Assembly: GCA_023397675.1 (NCBI GenBank)
Contig: JAEWTV010000082.1
Coordinates: 14,984 to 78,983 of the forward strand
DNA: 64,000 nucleotides
DNA from: Bacillota bacterium
GTDB taxonomy: Bacteria > Bacillota > Clostridia > Acetivibrionales > JANLFN01
Direction of reading: 5' to 3'
Of the stretch, positions 1 through 9,242 are shown in pieces. The translations under genes were made by a program, and so were the position numbers. The notes under the pieces were generated by a model. That model worked only from the letters and a program-made list of their open reading frames with translations. It was not told the DNA's origin and did no database searches. Numbering within the stretch: the stretch's first letter is position 1; the number at the start of each line of letters is the position of its first letter.

Positions 1-23
1 AAAAAAAGGGTATAATAGCAAAG

Positions 24-1289
24 TTGCTAAATGATAGAATTTTTACGGATATATATACTGTTGCAATGCTTATAATTTATGCAATATCATATCAAGCCCT
101 AGTTCAATTTTCATATAAACTTGAAGTTTTAATCCCATTAATCATAGTATTCTCTATTGATGTACTTCTTGGCGTTTCGTATGCTTTATCAATGATAAGA
201 CAAATATTAACCAGGACAATATTAAAAAATACTTTAGTATATAAAATATATCTTGTTATTAAAAGAGCAGCAGCTATACTTAGAGAGACGCGTGTTTTAA
301 AAGGTTGGTTTATAATACTCTTATTACTTTACGGCTTTATTAACGGCTTTTTAATTATTCAATACGATCATAATCCGGGTTTTTTAGTATTATTGCTGAT
401 TTTTACGGTTAATGCTTTTGCAGTCGGGCTTGTCATAAAATGGTCAATATCCCTTGCAAAAATCATTAATGCAGTAAAGGAGATATCCAGCGGAAACATT
501 GATTATGAATTTGATACTTCAAAAATTTCACTGACATTCCTAGCATTTGCCCAATCTATAAAGAGTCTTGGACAGGGCTTGAATAAAGCTGTTTCTGAAG
601 CAGTAAAAGCAGAAAGAATGAGGACTGACCTGATAACAAATGTTTCACACGATTTGAAGACACCGCTTACTTCCATAATTAATTATGTAGACTTGTTAAA
701 GAACGAAGTACCGTGCAGCAGCAAATCACAGGAGTATTTGGCTATACTCGAGGAGAAATCTGCAAGGCTTAAAGTGCTGATAGAAGATCTAATGGAAGCC
801 AGTAAAGTATCAAGCGGCAATATTGCAGTAAATCTGGATAACCTGGATTTAAACCAGCTTATGATACAGGCTTTGGGAGAATTTCAGGAGAAGCTTGAAG
901 CTTCAAGTCTTGAAGTAATACTTGAATCAAAAGAAAAGAACGTGTTTATTCTGGCAGATGGAAGACATATGTGGAGGGTCGCGGAAAACCTCTTATCAAA
1001 TGTTGTTAAGTATTCGATGCCTAATACGAGAGTTTATATAAGCATTGAAAAGAAAACAGACAAGGGTGTCCTGACTATTAAAAATATTTCAAAAGTTCCG
1101 CTTAATATCAGTCCCGAACAGCTGACAGAACGTTTTGTCAGAGGGGATGAATCAAGAACGACGGAAGGCTCGGGATTAGGACTTTCAATAGCGCAAAGCC
1201 TTGTAAAGGTTCAAAACAGCAATCTTGAAATCGAAATCGATGGTGACTTGTTCAAAGTTACAGTAGAAATGCCTCTTATTACAGAATAG
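24..1289 (+). CDS. sensor histidine kinase with multi-TM N-terminus (possibly 5'-truncated by the window edge)
   Basis: H-box SHDLKTPLTSI, N-box LLSNVVKYS and G-box GSGLGLSIA are present. The frame stays open from nt 3, so the true start may lie upstream of the window. Confidence 0.9.
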   Translation: MLNDRIFTDIYTVAMLIIYAISYQALVQFSYKLEVLIPLIIVFSIDVLLGVSYALSMIRQILTRTILKNTLVYKIYLVIKRAAAILRETRVLKGWFIILLLLYGFINGFLIIQYDHNPGFLVLLLIFTVNAFAVGLVIKWSISLAKIINAVKEISSGNIDYEFDTSKISLTFLAFAQSIKSLGQGLNKAVSEAVKAERMRTDLITNVSHDLKTPLTSIINYVDLLKNEVPCSSKSQEYLAILEEKSARLKVLIEDLMEASKVSSGNIAVNLDNLDLNQLMIQALGEFQEKLEASSLEVILESKEKNVFILADGRHMWRVAENLLSNVVKYSMPNTRVYISIEKKTDKGVLTIKNISKVPLNISPEQLTERFVRGDESRTTEGSGLGLSIAQSLVKVQNSNLEIEIDGDLFKVTVEMPLITE

Positions 1290-1322
1290 CAGAATTAAGC
1301 CAAGGGCGTCATTTTGATGCCC

Positions 1323-1541
1323 TTAAACTTTCCCGGGAAAGAATTTCTTAATTACTGAGCGGTATACCAGCGGTGGGACAATACTTAAAATAAATATATA
1401 TATCTTGTTCCCCGAACTGGTTACATTCCCTTCGTTATCAAAGTGAAGAGGTATTGTTGGTGGTAATAAAAAGTAAACAACCAGACAAGCAAGAAGGCTT
1501 AATGCAAATATTATATATGTCATTCTATCCAATCGTTTCAT
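1323..1541 (-). CDS. small membrane protein, DUF1648-like
   Basis: 72 aa with one TM helix followed by PPTIPLHFDNEGN, which resembles the DUF1648 N-terminal module. Recognised from memory only. Confidence 0.5.
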   Translation of the reverse strand: MKRLDRMTYIIFALSLLACLVVYFLLPPTIPLHFDNEGNVTSSGNKIYIFILSIVPPLVYRSVIKKFFPGKV

Positions 1542-1820
1542 ATCATACTCTCCTATAATGTAATTATATAATTTAAAAGCTATTCCATTAATATCCTTGA
1601 TTATAGTACTTATATAAAGAAAAAACCAGCAAATTCTGCCCTTATTTTAAAAGACTCATTGGTTTTACACATTCGGACCATCTTTAATCTCTATGTTTCT
1701 CAAATTTGTCTTAAATTACTTTTTACATAGTCTAAGTGATAAATGTAGAATATAAGTAAACATAAAATCATAAATGTTAACCAATAATCAAACTGTTAAA
1801 AATAGATTTGGGGGATTATT

Positions 1821-3944
1821 GTGCTTCAAAAGCTTAAAAATAGGTATGTTATAATGATAATTTGCGTTGGTCTTATAACTTCCATAATTGCATATCAACT
1901 TTTAAACCTTCAGATAGTTAACGGACAGTACTATGATGATCTGTCCCAGAGAAAAATTTTAAGCAGCAGGGAAATAACAGCTCCCAGAGGCAAAATTCTT
2001 GACAGGAACGGTATAACCATTGCTTCTTCAAGAATAGGTTTTGTTGTTCAGATTGTAAAAACCAAGACTGATAATGATAAATTCAATGACGTATTGCTTA
2101 ACCTGATAAAGCTTTTCGAAAAAAACAATGTATCTTATTATAATACTTTGAGCAAATATCTTACTTTCAATCCATTAGGCTTCGGTTCGTATATCAACCA
2201 GTCGCAGAAGAGGACCGATAGCTGGATTAAGCAGATTGCTCAAAGTTCGAGTGCTGCAAAAGAATTAAAAACGCCTCAGGATGCATTTAATTATCTTAGG
2301 GATAAGAGGTATAAAATCTCACACAAATATACCGACGAAGAAGCATATAAAATAATGACCTTGAGATATGAACTGGCAACCAAGGGTTATACCTCAATAA
2401 ACCCTGTAATTGTAGCAGATGATGCCAATTGGCCTACTGTAGCAGTTCTGGAAGAGAACCATGCTGATTACCCTGGTGTATCAACTGATGAACAACCTTT
2501 TAGAAACTATATAGACGCTCCTTATATAGGAAATGTTTTAGGATACGTTGGCAGTATAAATGAAGATGAATATAAGAACTTAAAGGATAAAGGCTATAAT
2601 CTTAATGATGTAATAGGTAAGGATGGAATTGAGAAACAGGCAGAATCATATCTTAAGGGCGGGGATGGAACAAAAACAATTGATATAGATATTGGGGGAA
2701 GACAGACGCAAGAACTGTCGAAGGATGCAGCTGTTCCCGGTAATAATGTTCAGCTTACCATTGATATGAATCTTCAGAAAATTGCTTTTGATTCTCTAAA
2801 ACGGAACATAGATTTGATAAAAAACAGGCAAGCCGGGACAGATGTAAGAGGAAACATGGGGGATGCTTATGCCGGAGCTGTTGTTGCAATGGATGTAAAT
2901 AACGGCGAAATACTTGCAATGGCAAGCTACCCAAGCTATGATCCAAATATATTTCTTCAGCCAAAGGACAATACGGATGCACAAAAGGCGATAGCGGCAC
3001 TTTATAAAAGCGACAGTGGAAATCCTACCTTTAACAGAGCTATTTCCGGTAGATATGCCCCCGGTTCTACCTTTAAGCCTGTGGTAGGTGTTGCAGCTCT
3101 GGAAAATGGAGTTATCACACCTGATTATACAGTTAACGATACCGGTACTCTAAGTGTTGACGGAATGGCCTTCTATTGCCTTGAATTCAGGAATGGACTA
3201 GGCGCGCATGGGCTTATAAATCTTAGGAGAGCTCTTGCTACATCCTGTAATATTTATTTCCACCAGGTTGGTATGATGACAGGTATTAATGCTATTGACC
3301 AATGGGCTAAAACCTTCGGTTTAGGTGAAAAAACGGGAATAGACCTTCCGGGAGAATACAAGGGAATCAGAAGTGCCCCAGATTATAAAAAAACCTTAAC
3401 AAAATACAGATGGGGAAATGCGGATACAGCTCAAACTTCCATCGGACAGCTTTATAATGCATATACACCAATAGAGTTGGTTAACTATATTGCAACTCTT
3501 GCAAATGGCGGGAAGAAGTTCACTCCGCATATAATTAAAGATGTGACAAAACCTGACGGCTCTTTATTAATGAGTACGCCTAGTGATTTTACACAAATCA
3601 ATTTAAAACCTGAAACTGTCAGTGCTATAAGAGATGGAATGGTTGCGGTTACAAATTCTTCTGACGGTACCGCGGTAAGCGTATTCCAGGACTTTCCTTT
3701 CAAGATTGCAGGTAAAACAGGTACAGCTGAAACAGGTGATACAACACACTCAAACAACGGCGTGTTCGTAAGCTATGCGCCTGCCGATAACCCTAAGATA
3801 GCGATTGCAGTGGTTATTGAAAGAGGTGTTTTTGGTTACTTCGCAGCACCAATTGCAAAGGACATAATGGCTGAATACTTCAAGTATAACAACGTTGCTC
3901 CAAGCGATGTGGCACAAGAGGATGGAATAACCTTTACAAAGTAA
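1821..3944 (+). CDS. class B penicillin-binding protein (PBP2/SpoVD-type transpeptidase)
   Basis: N-terminal TM anchor, SxxK (STFKP), SxN (SCN) and KTG (KTGTA) motifs. GTG start is preceded by GGGGGA. Confidence 0.9.
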   Translation: MLQKLKNRYVIMIICVGLITSIIAYQLLNLQIVNGQYYDDLSQRKILSSREITAPRGKILDRNGITIASSRIGFVVQIVKTKTDNDKFNDVLLNLIKLFEKNNVSYYNTLSKYLTFNPLGFGSYINQSQKRTDSWIKQIAQSSSAAKELKTPQDAFNYLRDKRYKISHKYTDEEAYKIMTLRYELATKGYTSINPVIVADDANWPTVAVLEENHADYPGVSTDEQPFRNYIDAPYIGNVLGYVGSINEDEYKNLKDKGYNLNDVIGKDGIEKQAESYLKGGDGTKTIDIDIGGRQTQELSKDAAVPGNNVQLTIDMNLQKIAFDSLKRNIDLIKNRQAGTDVRGNMGDAYAGAVVAMDVNNGEILAMASYPSYDPNIFLQPKDNTDAQKAIAALYKSDSGNPTFNRAISGRYAPGSTFKPVVGVAALENGVITPDYTVNDTGTLSVDGMAFYCLEFRNGLGAHGLINLRRALATSCNIYFHQVGMMTGINAIDQWAKTFGLGEKTGIDLPGEYKGIRSAPDYKKTLTKYRWGNADTAQTSIGQLYNAYTPIELVNYIATLANGGKKFTPHIIKDVTKPDGSLLMSTPSDFTQINLKPETVSAIRDGMVAVTNSSDGTAVSVFQDFPFKIAGKTGTAETGDTTHSNNGVFVSYAPADNPKIAIAVVIERGVFGYFAAPIAKDIMAEYFKYNNVAPSDVAQEDGITFTK

Positions 3945-3955
3945 ATTTGGGTGTA

Positions 3956-3984
3956 TTGACAAAATTACATGTTAAATTTATAAT
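3956..3984 (+). promoter_or_regulatory. sigma-A type promoter of bioY
   Basis: TTGACA (3956-3961), 17-nt spacer, TATAAT (3979-3984). Confidence 0.6.
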
Positions 3985-3986
3985 GA

Positions 3987-4018
3987 TTGTAAACTACAAA
4001 TGAAACAACAGTTTACAA
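3987..4018. promoter_or_regulatory. BirA (biotin repressor) operator
   Basis: Inverted repeat TTGTAAAC-N16-GTTTACAA lies immediately after the -10 box and 14 nt before bioY. The half-sites match the E. coli bioO TTGTAAACC/GGTTTACAA arms. Confidence 0.65.
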
Positions 4019-4031
4019 TCGGAGGTTTGAC

Positions 4032-4589
4032 ATGTACAACAGAACTTATAAAATGATGTTAGTTGCTTTATTTGCAGCACTTACTGCCGTTGGAGCTTTT
4101 ATAAAAATCCCTGTTCCTCCGGTACCATTTACACTTCAGAATTTCTTCGTTGTTTTGTCTGCATTGATACTCGGCCCAAAGCTTGCATCTGCAGCACAGA
4201 TTATTTATTTGCTTATAGGATTATCAGGCATACCTGTTTTTGCATACGGCGGGGGAATACAGTATGTTATCAACCCAACATTTGGATATTTGGCAGGCTT
4301 TGCAGCATTCGCATTCACAACGGGAATGATAATTAAAAAGTTAAAGAAACCTACTTATATAAATTATTTTATAGCATCTTTGAGCGGAATGATAATAAGC
4401 TATATAATTGGTGTTGCATATCTTTATATTGTTTACAGGTTTATCAGCCATAAAGATACAACAGTTTCAAGTGTTATTGTTAACGGTTTTCTATTGTTTT
4501 TGCCGTGGGACATAGTTAAAATTGCACTTGCATCATTTGTAGGCAGGGAAGTCGTAAAAAGACTTAAATGGGCAGGTGTGGGTCATTAA
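4032..4589 (+). CDS. bioY: biotin transporter S component BioY
   Basis: 185 aa with about 5-6 TM helices and a BioY-like sequence (FTLQNFFVVLSALILGP, GYLAGF). GGAGG RBS present and the BirA operator lies upstream. Confidence 0.85.
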   Translation: MYNRTYKMMLVALFAALTAVGAFIKIPVPPVPFTLQNFFVVLSALILGPKLASAAQIIYLLIGLSGIPVFAYGGGIQYVINPTFGYLAGFAAFAFTTGMIIKKLKKPTYINYFIASLSGMIISYIIGVAYLYIVYRFISHKDTTVSSVIVNGFLLFLPWDIVKIALASFVGREVVKRLKWAGVGH

Positions 4590-4608
4590 GAAAGTACAAC
4601 AAGTTTCG

Positions 4609-4634
4609 AAGACCACCAGTGGGTGGTCTTTTTG
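4609..4634 (+). terminator. intrinsic terminator after bioY
   Basis: Stem AAGACCACC/GGTGGTCTT with a 4-nt loop, followed by TTTTT. Confidence 0.7.
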
Positions 4635-4718
4635 ATGAATTGGTTAAAAATATTATGTTAACCTAATATTTTAATATTACATATTATATTGTAAATTAAA
4701 ATTAAAGGAGTTATTTAT

Positions 4719-4949
4719 ATGACTAACGAAGAATTATTCTGGTTATGGTATGATACGTCATCAACCGTATTAAGGTGGATATTTGGCACCGCATCTACAG
4801 CTATAGGTAACTTACAGTGGGTTCTAAATACCGTTTCAACAGGAACAGCTAATTTGGATTGGGCGTTGAATACTAACAATACAGCAGCTGCTGTTGCAAA
4901 GGCAATTACACAAATTACAAATCAGGCAGCAGCCCAAACCGCAGGTTAA
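4719..4949 (+). CDS. 76-aa Trp/Thr/Asn-rich repeat protein, function unknown
   Basis: AAGGAG RBS 8 nt upstream of the ATG, and a stand-alone gene with a hairpin downstream. Internal repeats are STAIGNLQWVLNT and STGTANLDWALNT. No signal peptide, TM segment or Cys. Confidence 0.5.
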   Translation: MTNEELFWLWYDTSSTVLRWIFGTASTAIGNLQWVLNTVSTGTANLDWALNTNNTAAAVAKAITQITNQAAAQTAG

Positions 4950-4972
4950 ATAATATTAGAATAAATAAAAGC

Positions 4973-5003
4973 AGGGTGCCAGGAATTGAGTTTTTGGCAC
5001 CCT
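4973..5003 (-). terminator. intrinsic terminator downstream of the GNAT gene (may also stop the convergent small gene)
   Basis: Stem AGGGTGCCA/TGGCACCCT. On the minus strand it is followed by CTTTTATTTATT. Confidence 0.55.
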
Positions 5004-5026
5004 ATCAGCTCGACAAACTACAATAT

Positions 5027-5560
5027 TTATAGAAGATTTTTGTTCATATTTTTTTCAAACCTAAAGAAGTAATCACCTTCATCAGCTGCCATTCCGCCTA
5101 CAGTCTCTGGCATATTTGGATCTCGGTGGAGTGGGTTATAAAACTCAACAATATGAAAACCACATTTATTGACATAGAAATGAATGTTCCTCTTTTCAAA
5201 ATATGGTGTGCATGTTTCCCATACCTTTGTTTCAGGGTGTAAATTTTCTATTGCCTTCCAAAGTGCCTGACCAACGCCAGTTCCTTGACAACCAACTTTA
5301 ACAAAAAGAAGATCCAAATGATTATGATATGTTTCGTTATCAACAGTTATGATTATTCCACCGGAAACTTCACCGTTAACAATAGCTTGATACGCTTCAG
5401 CACCATTGGCATTGAGTGAATCATCTATGTCCTTTTCCGGTAAAATTAATTCATCGGATGACCCGCATTCCGTTTCGTATCCATATTGAAATGCCTCTTG
5501 CATGTCTCGTTTAAACATTGCAATGTTTTCTGCTTTAAGTGGAACCAATGTAAGTTTCAT
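5027..5560 (-). CDS. GNAT family N-acetyltransferase
   Basis: Acetyl-CoA binding-type motif VKVGCQGTGVGQALW. AAGGTGA RBS. Confidence 0.8.
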   Translation of the reverse strand: MKLTLVPLKAENIAMFKRDMQEAFQYGYETECGSSDELILPEKDIDDSLNANGAEAYQAIVNGEVSGGIIITVDNETYHNHLDLLFVKVGCQGTGVGQALWKAIENLHPETKVWETCTPYFEKRNIHFYVNKCGFHIVEFYNPLHRDPNMPETVGGMAADEGDYFFRFEKNMNKNLL

Positions 5561-5645
5561 ATTAATTCGTCACCTTATAAATTAGATTTTGTCTTTGTCT
5601 ATAAAAATTTCACAGGATCAGAGGTGTTAATGTTTATGTTTATAG

Positions 5646-6614
5646 TTATCTGCTGAAGCCTGAAAGAGGATTTTTATCAACCGCATTTTTTAGTTGTTCC
5701 TTATCAAGATGTGTGTAAATTTCGGTAGTTGCAATGCTTTCGTGGCCTAAAAGCTCCTGCAATGCTCTGATATCAACATTTCCATACTTATACATCAAAG
5801 TAGCTGCAGTATGTCTTAGCTTATGGGTTGAATATCTTTGCGGATCCAGACCGGCAGATTTTATATATTTTTTAACGATTTTCTGAACGGATTCCTTACT
5901 GATACGCTGTTTTCTTTCACTGAGGAAAAGTGCATTTCTATCTTTAACACCATCAACCGGACGTACTGCTAAGTAGTCATTAATAGCCTTTATACAGGCG
6001 CCGTTAAGTGGAATGCCGCGTTCTTTGTCACCTTTACCGATAACAGTAAGGCTTTCATTCTTAATATTGTTAAGATTAATTCCAACAAGCTCAGAAAGAC
6101 GCAAGCCGCAGTTCAGAAACAGGGTAATGATAGCGTAATCACGTTCTGAATACTGGCCGTCAACACTTGATAAAAGCTGCTTGCTTTCTTCAACATTAAG
6201 ATACCTAGGCAGCCTTTTTACAATTTTGGGGGATTCAAGCTCGCTTGCTGGGTTTATATCAATTAGCTTGGCCTTATTAAACAAGTAATTAAAGAAGGAT
6301 TTAAGGCTTGCAACCTTACGGGCACGGGCATGAGCGCTGTTGTCACGGTCATTGCTGACAAACGACATAAATGCATAAAGATCGCTTAAGGTAACGGATT
6401 TAATGAGATTTATATCAACATCGGTAATTTCAATTTTTTCAAACTCTGTTTTTTTATCTATAAGTTTTTTATGAAGCTTCAGGAATCGGAAAAATACACG
6501 CAGATCATAAAAATACACAAGGACAGTATTAGAAGATTTTCCTTTGATGGTTTGAAGATAATTAAGAAAGTCACTTAAAACAGAAGGCATCTCAAAATCC
6601 CTGATAGTTTTCAT
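5646..6614 (-). CDS. tyrosine site-specific recombinase, XerC/XerD family
   Basis: N-terminal SAM-like domain (FLNYLQTIKGKSSNTV). Catalytic R (GLRLSEL), HKLRHTAAT and the final TEIYTH tyrosine are present. Confidence 0.85.
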   Translation of the reverse strand: MKTIRDFEMPSVLSDFLNYLQTIKGKSSNTVLVYFYDLRVFFRFLKLHKKLIDKKTEFEKIEITDVDINLIKSVTLSDLYAFMSFVSNDRDNSAHARARKVASLKSFFNYLFNKAKLIDINPASELESPKIVKRLPRYLNVEESKQLLSSVDGQYSERDYAIITLFLNCGLRLSELVGINLNNIKNESLTVIGKGDKERGIPLNGACIKAINDYLAVRPVDGVKDRNALFLSERKQRISKESVQKIVKKYIKSAGLDPQRYSTHKLRHTAATLMYKYGNVDIRALQELLGHESIATTEIYTHLDKEQLKNAVDKNPLSGFSR

Positions 6615-6915
6615 ATGTAAAACTCCAATACAAAGTTATAATTTAAGTAATCCTCTTATTAATTAACTGCTTATTTTTTAATGATATATCATTTGAAGCC
6701 TCTTTTCAATTATCTAGACATATAACCTAAGATTAGGTTTTACTAAGTCAACATAATGTGAACATATTATAGTAGGACTATTCTTTAGGAAGGGAATATG
6801 TATTGATTTTTCTGTTTATTTCACCTCTATTATAGTTTATATAGTACAATATTATCTATATAGGTGACTAGTTGCATTGCGTACGATAGAATAAAGGTAT
6901 GAAGGGAGGGAGCTT

Positions 6916-7878
6916 ATGGCAAAAAACGATAATATGCTGGCAATTTTATGGATGTTAAATTCAGGTATAAAAATAACTGCAAAGCAAATATCGGAAAAAT
7001 TAGAGATAAATATTCGAACCGTGTACCGCTATATTGATTCACTCTGCGCAAGTGGAGTACCAATTGTGTCGGATACAGGACAGAAAGGTGGATATAGTTT
7101 ACTGAACAATTTTATCCATGCACCTTTGTTTTTCGATATTGAAGAACAAAAAGCACTGCTTCATGCTGCCGTATTTGCCAATGAAGCTGGATACCCTTTC
7201 AGTGAGTCGTTAAACAGTGCAACACAAAAATTAAAAATGTATTCAAACCGGGAACAGGAAAACATCCTCAATCGCCACTTAGCCGGTTTCGAAGTAATAA
7301 ATCGTGATATTGCCCCATCTGTTAAATTGATATTGGAAGAACTGGAGCAAGCTGTAGCTAACGAGTATTCTGTAGAAATTGAATACCGTACAGCCCGTGA
7401 AGAACAACCACGGTCAAGAGTGATTGACCCTTATGGAATGCTCTATTGGAATAATAAATGGTATACTATTGGATTTTGTCATCTTCGAAACAGAATTAGA
7501 AGCTTTCGTGCTGAACGGATATTACATATAAAACAAACACAAAGGATATTTAAGCGTCCTGAGGCCTTTTCGGCCAGGGAGTTTTTTTTACAAAATCTTT
7601 TGCCTGATCCGGAAAGCAAGGATGAAATGATTTCAATAATTATCAACGGTAGTGAAGAAGCTTTGGACGATCTGTGCATCCATTGGTTTTTAGGTCATCA
7701 TTTGAAAGAGAGGACTTCGAATCAGGCGACCTTTTTACTTGACGAAAGAGCAGTCCATGCATATGTACCCAATTTTCTGCTACCATACGGAAAGGCTATT
7801 CAAGTGATTGAGCCGAAGAGTTTGAAGAAAAAACTTGTTTCTGTTGCAGCGGAATTAATGGAATATTATCAATTATAA
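6916..7878 (+). CDS. YafY-type transcriptional regulator (wHTH + WYL domain)
   Basis: N-terminal HTH (ISEKLEINIRTVYRYIDSL) and a central WYL-like segment (VIDPYGMLYWNNKWYTIGFCHLRNRIRSFRAERI). Confidence 0.8.
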   Translation: MAKNDNMLAILWMLNSGIKITAKQISEKLEINIRTVYRYIDSLCASGVPIVSDTGQKGGYSLLNNFIHAPLFFDIEEQKALLHAAVFANEAGYPFSESLNSATQKLKMYSNREQENILNRHLAGFEVINRDIAPSVKLILEELEQAVANEYSVEIEYRTAREEQPRSRVIDPYGMLYWNNKWYTIGFCHLRNRIRSFRAERILHIKQTQRIFKRPEAFSAREFFLQNLLPDPESKDEMISIIINGSEEALDDLCIHWFLGHHLKERTSNQATFLLDERAVHAYVPNFLLPYGKAIQVIEPKSLKKKLVSVAAELMEYYQL

Positions 7879-7880
7879 AT

Positions 7881-7917
7881 AGCTTTACTGACAGTAGTTG
7901 TCAGTGAAGCTATTTTA
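7881..7917 (+). terminator. intrinsic terminator after the WYL regulator gene
   Basis: 13-bp stem AGCTTTACTGACA/TGTCAGTGAAGCT (one G-T pair) followed by ATTTTAT. Confidence 0.55.
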
Positions 7918-7998
7918 TCATAGAGATAAACATCGTTCTTTATTATGTACGTATGTTTGATTAACACTCAATAAATATTAAAAATGGAGGACATACAA

Positions 7999-8622
7999 AT
8001 GAATAATATTGTTTATCTTTATGTGTTTGATACGATGGCAGATTGGGAAATAGGATATTTAACTGCTGAACTGAACTCAGGTAGATTTTTTAAGAAAGGA
8101 TTAGCTCCATCAAAAATTGTTACTGTGGGTATTGATAAAACACCTGTCACTACAATGGGAGGTTTGAAAATATTACCAGATGTTAATGTGGACGAGTGCA
8201 GCATCGAAAACGCAGCTGCTTTGGTTTTAGCTGGTGGAAATACTTGGGCAGACACAATTCATGATACTATATTGGCAAAGGCAGAGCAATTTTTAATGGA
8301 AGGTAATATTGTAGCAGCGATTTGTGGTGCTACAGCAGGTCTTGCCAGGAAAGGGCTGCTTGAATCGAGCTATCACACTAGCAATGACTTAAGTTATCTT
8401 AAGATGATCTGCCCGAACTATGCAGGAGAAAAGTACTTTAAACAGGAGACTGTTGTAACTGACGGAAAACTGATAACTGCTGGAATAGCTTCGTTGGAAT
8501 TTTCCTTACATGTCTTAAGAGCTTTAGATGTATTTTCTGAAAAAACATTAAATGCCTGGTATAATCTTTATAAGACTTATGAATCCGAATATTTTTTTGA
8601 TTTGATGAATTCAATCAAATAA
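7999..8622 (+). CDS. DJ-1/PfpI (class I glutamine amidotransferase-like) family protein
   Basis: Nucleophile-elbow-like AAICGAT is present. The ORF opens at 7984, but the ATG at 7999 has a GGAGGA RBS at proper spacing. Confidence 0.75.
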   Translation: MNNIVYLYVFDTMADWEIGYLTAELNSGRFFKKGLAPSKIVTVGIDKTPVTTMGGLKILPDVNVDECSIENAAALVLAGGNTWADTIHDTILAKAEQFLMEGNIVAAICGATAGLARKGLLESSYHTSNDLSYLKMICPNYAGEKYFKQETVVTDGKLITAGIASLEFSLHVLRALDVFSEKTLNAWYNLYKTYESEYFFDLMNSIK

Positions 8623-8748
8623 CAAGTGTAAAAGGTTATTGAGAATATTAATTAAGCGGCGAAAACATTTATTTGTTAAGCCGCTTTATTAAATTAACGC
8701 ATGCATAAAAAAGTCCATTTGGATAAATTCTGTTTTAACGTCCTCCAT

Positions 8749-8776
8749 ATTACGCGAAATTTTTATTTCGCGTAAT
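8749..8776. repeat. perfect 12-bp inverted repeat with 4-nt spacer (candidate operator)
   Basis: ATTACGCGAAAT-TTTT-ATTTCGCGTAAT, about 125 nt upstream of the 8902 ORF. Confidence 0.8.
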
Positions 8777-8901
8777 CAAAGATAAATTTTTAGGGGTATC
8801 TCTTCAATTATATTAACACATATAATTTCTATCTTCATCAAATCTTCAAAACAAAGATTTATTATATACTTACAAACTATTTTATCCGGGAGGAATTTTA
8901 T

Positions 8902-9180
8902 ATGAATTGTCACGGTAATCATAATGATAATAATAAGAAGCACAGTATGGTCAAGTATTCCTTAATGATGTTACTTTGCTGCGGAGCTCCGATTATTGTT
9001 TTATTGCTCCTTACTATATTAAAGATAAACAATTCTGCAGTCAAGGGAATTTCTACTGTCTTAACTTCCCTGTTGTGCCCGTTAATGATGGGTGGAATGA
9101 TATTTATGATGTTTGGTAAAGGCAAAAGTAAAAAAAACTGCTGCGAAAATGAGCAAATAGAAAATAAAACCAGCAAATAG
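8902..9180 (+). CDS. small His/Cys-rich membrane protein (DUF2933-like, tentative)
   Basis: GGGAGG RBS. N-terminus is MNCHGNHNDNNKKH, followed by the hydrophobic LMMLLCCGAPIIVLLLL and a C-terminal KKNCCENE. Confidence 0.5.
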   Translation: MNCHGNHNDNNKKHSMVKYSLMMLLCCGAPIIVLLLLTILKINNSAVKGISTVLTSLLCPLMMGGMIFMMFGKGKSKKNCCENEQIENKTSK

Positions 9181-9188
9181 CACTTAAG

Positions 9189-9229
9189 AAAAATATGCCT
9201 CTAATCTAGCATTATGGGGCATATTTTTA
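9189..9229. terminator. bidirectional intrinsic terminator between convergent genes
   Basis: Stem AAATATGCC/GGCATATTT flanked by an A-run and a T-run. Confidence 0.6.
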
Positions 9230-9242
9230 ATAGTAAATAAAT

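Noticed and set aside
1302-1324. Hairpin AAGGGCGTC-ATTTT-GATGCCCTT between the kinase gene and the convergent DUF1648 gene, considered as a terminator.
   Set aside because: The stem is reasonable, but it lacks a T-run on either strand and overlaps the stop codon of the minus-strand ORF. This is too weak to call.
5027-8622. GNAT, Xer-type recombinase, WYL regulator and DJ-1 considered as a possible integrated mobile or defence island.
   Set aside because: There are no flanking direct repeats, tRNA target, phage or conjugation genes, or nuclease/ATPase effector. WYL(YafY)-DJ-1 pairs and stand-alone Xer recombinases are common chromosomal arrangements.
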